Assembly (NCBI GenBank): GCA_964640155.1
Contig: CAZXEQ010000011.1
Coordinates: 1 to 11,366, forward strand
Source: an uncultured bacterium
GTDB taxonomy: Bacteria; Auribacterota; JACPWU01
Length of the DNA: 11,366 nt
Reading direction: 5' to 3'
The notes below the pieces were generated by a model. It did not search any database, was not told the origin of the DNA, and worked only from the letters and a program-made list of their open reading frames with translations. A program made the position numbers and the translations under genes. Numbering within the stretch: the first letter of the stretch is position 1; each line of letters begins with the position of its first letter. Positions 5,833 to 11,366 of the stretch are shown here, one piece after another.

Positions 5833-8363
5833 AGAGAAGAGATCTCGCAGAATTTCTATCCAGCCTGGGGATTCAATTTAAACGAAATGGAAATGGTTCT
5901 TATCTGGCCTTGTGTCCACTGCATGAGGAGAAGACACCCAGCTTTAGCGTGACTCAAAAGAATGAGAATTGGGTATGGCATTGTTTTGGATGCGGAGAGG
6001 GCGGAAGCATTATTGATTTTGTGATGAAGAAAGAGAGGGTGGATACAGGAGAAGCGATCAGGAGGCTGAATGGAAACGGTAACTCCCCCAGCCCCTCTTT
6101 AAAAGAAAGAGGGGTGAGTACAGCATTGCATCAGAAATTATTGGAAAAGGTGTGCGAATATTACTGTCACACATTCCATGAAGATCTGAGAGCTCGCAAT
6201 TATTTATCAGAAGTTCGTGGTTTATCCGACCCCAAGCTTTATGAGATCTTCCGCATTGGATACTGCAATGGGACAATCTTTAAGACCGTATCGCAAGAGG
6301 GGGAATATGCAGAAGCTTTAAAAGAATTGGGAATTCTCACTGATCAAGGCCGAGAGTTTTTTGAAAGGTGTGTTGTCTTTCCGTTATTGGATGAAGATGG
6401 CCGCGTTGTTTCCTTCTATGGAAGGAAACTTCAGGGGCAGGGCACAAATCATCTTTATTTGAAAGGGCCTCACAAAGGCTTATTCAATGGCCCATCATTA
6501 AAACTTTATCCTGAAATTATTTTAACTGAATCCATTATTGATAGTTTAAGCCTTTATCAAGTGGGATTTAAGAACACAATCCCTCTTTACGGCTTAAATG
6601 GCCTCACCAGTGCTCATCTGATGGGCTTCAAAAGAAATCACACATCCAAAATCATTCTTCTCATGGATGGCGATGAGGCGGGGAAGAATGGGGCGATTCG
6701 ATTAAAAGAGAAGCTTGAGGAATTAGGAACACCTTCAAGAATAGCAACATTACCCGATAATGAAGACCCGAATAGTTATTTAAAGAAACACACAAAAGAA
6801 GAACTTGAGAAAATTATTTATCCGGAAGTTCGTGAAACGAACTTGGTCGCTGGTCAGTCATCTGTTTCTGGGCAAAGAAAACTCATCGAGGATGGTTTTC
6901 GCATCCAATACACAAGCCGCACCTACGAAATCCGCGGGATTGAGCAAACCTCTCCACGCCATTTAAAGGCGAATATCAAGGCCATATCGAATCACCGCTT
7001 TCATATTGACACAATAGATTTATACGCCTCTCGATCTAGATCAAATCTCATTCGCGAGGTGGCCATTTTTTACAATCTTGAGTCTGAGATTATTGAGCAA
7101 GATGTAGAGAAGATTATTGTTGAATGTAATAACTACCTTAAAAACAAAAGTCAGAAGACAGAAGTGAGAGGCCTGAAACCGGAAGAAGAGAAAGAGGCGT
7201 TGGCGTTGGCCAAAGATCCAAACCTCACCCAAAGAATAATCCATGACCTTGAAACATTGGGATTGGTGGGGGAGGATACCAACAAACTTCTTCTTTATCT
7301 TGCCATGAGTTCAAGAAGAATGTCTGATCCCTTATCCGTATTAATCCTATCCGGAAGCGGAGCGGGAAAAAGTGTATTACAGGATAAAGTGCTATCACTT
7401 TGTCCTGAAGAAGATTTAATCAAGCTCACCAGCCTCACCAAACAGGCCTTATTTTATAAAGATCACTTGAGCATGGTGCATAAAGTTTTGGCCATAGAAG
7501 AAGAGAAGGGCGCAGAAGAGGCGAATTATCCGATCCGAAGCCTGATTAGCTCAAAGAAGATCGTGATTGAGGCCACGGTAAGAGATCCTCAGACGGGGCG
7601 AATGACGACCATGACCAATGAAGTTTTGGGTCCTGCATCCGTGATTAAAAGCACCACGAAACCCAATCAAGATCAAGAAACCAAGAGCCGCTTCTTAACC
7701 GTCAGCCTTGATGAATCTGAAAGCCAAACTCAGCGCATCTTGGAAGCCCAGAGAGCTTCTGAATGCCTGGACGGTCTATTAAAGAAGATGGCGCAAAATA
7801 ATATTGCCCAATTGCATCAGAATTTTCAAAGACTGCTTCAACCGATTGAAGTGGTCATCCCAAAAACATTAGAGCTTTCATTTAAAATGAAAGCATTAAT
7901 GGCAAGGCGTGATCATCCCAAATATTTATCACTGATTAAGGCCATTGCATTCATTCATCAATTTCAAAGACCTCTGAAAGAGGTCGAGTCACAAGTCGCA
8001 AGTTCCGCCACACTGCCGGCGGACAGGCGCCAGTCACAAGTTTTCAAAATAATAGAGGCACAGAAAAGTGATTTAGAAATTGCCAATCATTTAGCCGAAA
8101 AACTCCTGAGCCAGAATTTAAGGGAGTTATCAGAACCCAGCCTTACATTATTAAATCATCTTCAAAAAATGAAAGAACAAAAACTACTTGAAGGCATTCC
8201 ATCGGGGAAGATTTTATTTATCCGCAAAGAAATCCGGGAAAGTCTTCAATGGACGGATTATCAGGTGAGGACGTATTTGAAAGAGCTTGTGGATTTGGAA
8301 TATGTGATGTCTCTTTCGGGCCGTAATGGATCGCTTTATAGATACAAGGTCATTGAGTTATAA
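5793..8363 (+). CDS. Replication protein: DnaG-type CHC2 zinc-finger, Toprim primase fused to a P-loop NTPase (putative helicase), with a C-terminal winged-helix-like tail
   Basis: SD gggagg sits 4 nt upstream of the ATG. Zinc finger CPLHEEKTPSF..x..HCFGCGEGG (C41, H44, C64, C67; nt 5913-5993). Toprim motifs IILTESIIDS (about 6510) and LLMDGDEAGKNG (about 6661). Walker A LSGSGAGKS (about 7353-7373). Walker-B-like VLAIEEE. C-terminus YQVRTYLKELVDLEYVMS..GSLYRYKV. Confidence 0.93.
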   Translation: MQAVFHANGVEELKRRDLAEFLSSLGIQFKRNGNGSYLALCPLHEEKTPSFSVTQKNENWVWHCFGCGEGGSIIDFVMKKERVDTGEAIRRLNGNGNSPSPSLKERGVSTALHQKLLEKVCEYYCHTFHEDLRARNYLSEVRGLSDPKLYEIFRIGYCNGTIFKTVSQEGEYAEALKELGILTDQGREFFERCVVFPLLDEDGRVVSFYGRKLQGQGTNHLYLKGPHKGLFNGPSLKLYPEIILTESIIDSLSLYQVGFKNTIPLYGLNGLTSAHLMGFKRNHTSKIILLMDGDEAGKNGAIRLKEKLEELGTPSRIATLPDNEDPNSYLKKHTKEELEKIIYPEVRETNLVAGQSSVSGQRKLIEDGFRIQYTSRTYEIRGIEQTSPRHLKANIKAISNHRFHIDTIDLYASRSRSNLIREVAIFYNLESEIIEQDVEKIIVECNNYLKNKSQKTEVRGLKPEEEKEALALAKDPNLTQRIIHDLETLGLVGEDTNKLLLYLAMSSRRMSDPLSVLILSGSGAGKSVLQDKVLSLCPEEDLIKLTSLTKQALFYKDHLSMVHKVLAIEEEKGAEEANYPIRSLISSKKIVIEATVRDPQTGRMTTMTNEVLGPASVIKSTTKPNQDQETKSRFLTVSLDESESQTQRILEAQRASECLDGLLKKMAQNNIAQLHQNFQRLLQPIEVVIPKTLELSFKMKALMARRDHPKYLSLIKAIAFIHQFQRPLKEVESQVASSATLPADRRQSQVFKIIEAQKSDLEIANHLAEKLLSQNLRELSEPSLTLLNHLQKMKEQKLLEGIPSGKILFIRKEIRESLQWTDYQVRTYLKELVDLEYVMSLSGRNGSLYRYKVIEL

Positions 8364-8407
8364 CTAAAGTTATACCAAAAACAGCCCCAGTCATTCGGCG
8401 GGGCAGG

Positions 8408-8534
8408 CGACCTTGTGGAACATTGCGACACCTTGCGAAACAATTTCGCAAGGTTGTGTATAGCTGTAAGTCTTTGCGCTTCACGCTTCACGAGATACGA
8501 GAGACGATTTTTTTGTGACCTTGCGACCTTGCGA
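8408..8534. repeat. Cluster of CCTTG(C/T)G repeats including a 25-bp perfect palindrome: candidate recombinase core site or replication iterons
   Basis: Repeat copies: ccttgtg 8411-8417, ccttgcg 8431-8437, inverted cgcaagg 8447-8453, ccttgcg 8519-8525 and 8527-8533. The last two lie in the tandem 8-mer gtgacctt-gcgacctt-gcga, 8515-8534. Palindrome accttgcgaaa-caa-tttcgcaaggt at 8430-8454. Also the tandem cgcttca x2 at 8477-8490. Confidence 0.6.
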
Positions 8535-8578
8535 GAAGTACATATATGTAGAAACAACAAAACACAGGAAATGTTGTA

Positions 8579-9520
8579 GTGAATATCTTCGATCAACCAT
8601 TGCAGAATTTTGAAGAATATTTAAAGACCTTAAACCGAAGCCCAAGCACCATCTTGAGCTATTCCAAATCCGTTCGAATATTATTAAATTGGATGACGAG
8701 TCAGAACCTGTTTGAACTAAGGGAACTCACCGAGGCAAGAATCAAAGCCTTTCAGGATCACTTCAATCAACAAACCCAAATAAAAAAATACTCACCCGAA
8801 ACCATCGGCACCTATTTTCGGGGAATCAAGCGGTTTCTGGAATATCTTGAAAAAACGCATCAAATCCTCATGAATCCATCAGATGCTCTGGAAATGCCGC
8901 GCCACATGTGGCGGTATCGGACAATCAAAGAAACACTCACCGAAAAAGAAATCCAGAAAATGATCGAATGCTGGGATGAAACAAGCTGGAAGGGAATCAG
9001 GGCGCGGGCGATTCTGGAGCTTCTTTATTCCACAGGATTGAGAATGTTTGAATTGGTGAATCTTAATTTAGACGATGTGGATGAACGGACTGGATATGTG
9101 AGAGTGCGCGGTGGAAAAGGGGCGAAAGATAGAATCCAACCTCTGGGCCGAACAGCATGCCAAATTTTAAAAAAATATTTAAAAGAGGCAAGACCAAAAC
9201 TTGTTCATGATCCCAAGGAAAGAGCCTTCTTCTTGGATTACGCAAGAGGCAAAAGACTCCAGCGATGGCGCATGGATGACATCCTAAAAGAATCTGCCCA
9301 GAAGGCGAAAATCACGAAAAAGCCGTCGGCTCATATGATACGCCGAAGCTTCGCGACGCATTTACTTCGTAACGACGCGCATCCTTATTACGTGAAAGAA
9401 CTTCTGGGACATAGTTCGCTTAGAACCACAGGAAAATACATCAAAGTTGCAGGCATTGATTTAAAAAAGGCTCATTCCAAATATCATCCGAGGGAGAAGC
9501 ACAATGTGGCTCATCGATGA
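8579..9520 (+). CDS. Tyrosine recombinase/integrase (XerC/XerD-like), first of an overlapping pair
   Basis: GTG start. N-terminal SAM-like core-binding domain (FEEYLKTLNRSPSTILSYSKSVRILLNW). Catalytic signature: ELLYSTGLRMFEL (Arg I), GKGAKDR (Lys), HMIRRSFATHLL (His-x-x-Arg), LGHSSLRTTGKYI (His and Tyr). Confidence 0.93.
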   Translation: MNIFDQPLQNFEEYLKTLNRSPSTILSYSKSVRILLNWMTSQNLFELRELTEARIKAFQDHFNQQTQIKKYSPETIGTYFRGIKRFLEYLEKTHQILMNPSDALEMPRHMWRYRTIKETLTEKEIQKMIECWDETSWKGIRARAILELLYSTGLRMFELVNLNLDDVDERTGYVRVRGGKGAKDRIQPLGRTACQILKKYLKEARPKLVHDPKERAFFLDYARGKRLQRWRMDDILKESAQKAKITKKPSAHMIRRSFATHLLRNDAHPYYVKELLGHSSLRTTGKYIKVAGIDLKKAHSKYHPREKHNVAHR

Positions 9521-10418
9521 ATACACAAACTGGATGAAGATGAGATACAGCGCGGCGACGATGAAGACTTATCCCTTATATCTCAAGGCATGGCTTCGCT
9601 GGGTGAATCAAAAAAACATCGAAACGCCCTCAGACATTACGCAAAAACATTGTGAAGAATACCGTGAAGACATCATCAATTTTAGAACGAAAAACTCTAA
9701 ATTATTATCCGCCAAAAGCGTCAATCAACACCTCATAGGATTAAGAAATTATACAAAATGGCTGAGGAAAAATGGTTTTATTGCCTACGATCCCGCAAAA
9801 GAACTGGAGCTTGTGAAAGAGCCTAAAAAACTACCCGGCCTAGTCCTTGCCGATCGGGAAGTGAGGCAACTCCTAAACACCTGCGACCTACATCAATCGC
9901 TTGGCTATCGTGACCGCGCTGTACTGGAAACGCTTTATAGTTCTGGAATAAGACGAAATGAACTCGTGCATCTTAATATAGAAGACATAGACGCTGATGG
10001 CGGCTATTGCAAAATCAACCAAGGAAAGGGCCAGAAAGACAGAGTGGTCCCACTTGGAGAGACGGCCTGCTATTATTTATCCAATTACATCAAAGGAGTC
10101 AGACCCGGATTAATTAAAACTCAAAAAACAAACGCGCTATTCATCAACAACAAAAACACAAGACTGGGAAGAGGAGGATTGGCCTTTATCATTAGCAGTG
10201 CTGCTAAAAAGGCGGGATTGGACAAACCCGTCACGCCTCATGTCTTCAGACGAAGCTGTGCCACAGGCATGATTCGAAACAAAGCCAATCCCTATTACGT
10301 CAAAGAAATGCTGGGGCATGAACATCTGGACAGTCTTGAGCCGTATCTTAAACTTTCTATCGTTGATCTCAAAGAAGTGCATCAGAAATGCCATCCGAGA
10401 GAAAGGGGAGATGCGTAA
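9504..10418 (+). CDS. Tyrosine recombinase/integrase (XerC/XerD-like), second of the pair
   Basis: The ATG follows gggag and overlaps the upstream gene by 17 nt. Catalytic signature: ETLYSSGIRRNEL, GKGQKDR, HVFRRSCATGMI, LGHEHLDSLEPYLK. All catalytic positions appear intact. Confidence 0.93.
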   Translation: MWLIDEYTNWMKMRYSAATMKTYPLYLKAWLRWVNQKNIETPSDITQKHCEEYREDIINFRTKNSKLLSAKSVNQHLIGLRNYTKWLRKNGFIAYDPAKELELVKEPKKLPGLVLADREVRQLLNTCDLHQSLGYRDRAVLETLYSSGIRRNELVHLNIEDIDADGGYCKINQGKGQKDRVVPLGETACYYLSNYIKGVRPGLIKTQKTNALFINNKNTRLGRGGLAFIISSAAKKAGLDKPVTPHVFRRSCATGMIRNKANPYYVKEMLGHEHLDSLEPYLKLSIVDLKEVHQKCHPRERGDA

Positions 10419-10419
10419 A

Positions 10420-10454
10420 TTGAATGATAGACAAATGTATTCTATTGTAATACA
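10420..10454 (+). promoter_or_regulatory. Candidate promoter and operator of the toxin-antitoxin operon
   Basis: ttgaat (10420-10425), 17-nt spacer, tattgt (10443-10448). The inverted repeat tgtatt-ctattgt-aataca (10436-10454) overlaps the -10. Confidence 0.35.
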
Positions 10455-10475
10455 CTGAAAATAGGTGGGGGAAGT

Positions 10476-10745
10476 GTGAAAAAGATTTACATTGAATGGA
10501 ATGAAGAAAGCATCGAACATATTGCGGGTCATAGCGTTATTCCTGAAGAAGTTGAGGAAGTTTGTTTTTCTTCATTGCATTGCGAGCAAAGAGGAAGAGA
10601 CGGTCTATATTACATAATGGGTCAAACCCATGCGGGTCGGTATCTTTTCATTGTTGTCCGTTATCTGGGGCATGAGAAGGTTAAAATTGTTACAGCCAGA
10701 GATATGGATGAAAAAGAAAAATATAGATATAAAAAAAGGAAGTGA
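10476..10745 (+). CDS. brnT: BrnT-like (DUF497) type II toxin
   Basis: 89 aa, GTG start after ggtggggg. The pattern IEWNEESIEHIAGHSVIPEEVEEV...GRYLFIVV..G..VKIVTARDMDEKEKYRY matches my recollection of BrnT (W-D/N-x-x-K-x-x-H-G-I/V-x-x-E-E, then I-I-S-A-R). It lies upstream of a BrnA-like gene, which is the order typical of brnTA. Confidence 0.7.
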   Translation: MKKIYIEWNEESIEHIAGHSVIPEEVEEVCFSSLHCEQRGRDGLYYIMGQTHAGRYLFIVVRYLGHEKVKIVTARDMDEKEKYRYKKRK

Positions 10746-10753
10746 GATGACTT

Positions 10754-11029
10754 ATGGCTAGGATACCAAAATTTAAATCAGACAAAGAAGCGGCCGAGTT
10801 TTGGGATACACACAGTCTTGTCGATTATGATGAAGATTTGAAACCCACAAAGGATCTAATGTTTGTGAAGCCAGACCGGCAGATTGTGACGCTTAGGCTG
10901 GACAAAAAAATTGTCAACGGCTTAAAGGTATTGGGCACAAAAAAAGGAATTGGATACTCAGCTATTTTGAGGATGTGGATCATGGAAAAGTTTAATCAAA
11001 CAATGCATCCTCATACGAAGAGAACATAA
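10754..11029 (+). CDS. brnA: BrnA-like antitoxin (CopG/RHH-type)
   Basis: 91 aa. The N-terminal SDKEAAEFWDTHSLVDY motif and the C-terminal ribbon-helix-helix-like VTLRLDKKIVNGLKVLGTKKGIGYSAILRMWIMEKF both fit. It starts 8 nt after the toxin stop. Confidence 0.75.
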   Translation: MARIPKFKSDKEAAEFWDTHSLVDYDEDLKPTKDLMFVKPDRQIVTLRLDKKIVNGLKVLGTKKGIGYSAILRMWIMEKFNQTMHPHTKRT

Positions 11030-11082
11030 TTTTTTTTCACTATCCATTTGAAAAAATAATTTATTATCCAGCTCTCAAGTTT

Positions 11083-11091
11083 TGCTACAAT
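11083..11091 (+). promoter_or_regulatory. Possible extended -10 element upstream of the toxin-like gene
   Basis: tgctacaat (TGn + TACAAT) lies 34 nt upstream of the ATG at 11125. The -35 is weak (ttatcc, 16-nt spacer). Confidence 0.25.
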
Positions 11092-11124
11092 CCTTCATTA
11101 TTTTCGATCATCCACGGGACAATC

Positions 11125-11366
11125 ATGTTTAACTGCACAAAACGCAGTAAAATTATTTCTATCTTATTAAGCATTTGCCAGCTTCTTTGGTGCTTACCGA
11201 CTGATGTCAAAGCAGCAATTGAAATCCAGTCTCCAAATTTTTATTCAAAAATTTGCTCATTATCTTTTTTATCTTTATCGCAAACCCTGCAAGAAAAAAC
11301 CCACATAGGGGCCCCAACCCACATAGTGACAGAAGATCGTCTTAATCAAATGGTCTCATTTGAAAA
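11125..11366 (+). CDS. N-terminal segment (signal peptide) of the large YD-repeat/lipase-like protein; continues into 3..2912 across the circular junction
   Basis: ATG at 11125 opens a stop-free frame to the window end (MFNCTKRSKIISILLSICQLLWCLPTDVKAAIEIQ...RLNQMVSFEK). The ATG at 11350 corresponds to the ATG at 3 and is in frame (11350-11125=225). The N-terminus has basic residues (K, R, K), a hydrophobic core (IISILLSICQLLWCL) and a VKA-A cleavage-like site. This ORF is absent from the supplied track because it has no stop within the linear window. Confidence 0.75.
   Translation, partial: MFNCTKRSKIISILLSICQLLWCLPTDVKAAIEIQSPNFYSKICSLSFLSLSQTLQEKTHIGAPTHIVTEDRLNQMVSFE
11348..11366. repeat. 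Second copy of the terminal redundancy (same as 1-19)
   Basis: Exact 19/19 match to the first 19 bases. The reading frame of the flanking ORF is preserved across the join. Confidence 0.85.

Noticed and set aside
8336-8596. 86-aa minus-strand ORF across the repeat cluster
   Set aside because: It spans the intergenic repeat and palindrome array and overlaps the ends of two well-supported + strand genes. There are no start-site signals.
10137-10532. 131-aa minus-strand ORF
   Set aside because: It is antisense to the conserved catalytic C-terminus of the second recombinase and to the start of the BrnT-like gene, so it is a shadow ORF.

Overview
The window looks like a complete small circular replicon of about 11,347 bp. 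Bases 1-19 are repeated exactly at 11348-11366, and one long ORF reads in frame across that junction. It is therefore a plasmid or the excised form of an integrative element, low GC by eye and not counted.

Gene content, all on the + strand except one regulator:
- (i) A secreted protein of about 1,045 aa, starting at 11125 and wrapping to 2912. It has a Sec signal peptide, a Gly/Ala-rich hydrophobic region, degenerate YD repeats and a C-terminal lipase-like domain (GHSQGG).
- (ii) A probable lipoprotein whose start overlaps that gene's stop (ATGA).
- (iii) A small two-TM membrane protein.
- (iv) About 1 kb (3866-4841) with no credible ORF. It holds two densely nested inverted-repeat domains separated by an A/T-tract block.
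- (v) A minus-strand XRE regulator, divergent from a small DUF5659-like ORF and a DnaG-type primase fused to a P-loop NTPase.
- (vi) A CCTTGCG repeat and palindrome cluster.
- (vii) Two overlapping tyrosine recombinases.
- (viii) A BrnT/BrnA-like toxin-antitoxin pair.

The items most worth follow-up are the large structured non-coding block, the toxin/lipoprotein pair, a predicted roughly 88-nt antisense RNA opposite the replication-operon leader, and the palindromic site upstream of the recombinases. All protein-family calls rest on motifs read by eye. No database search was possible.
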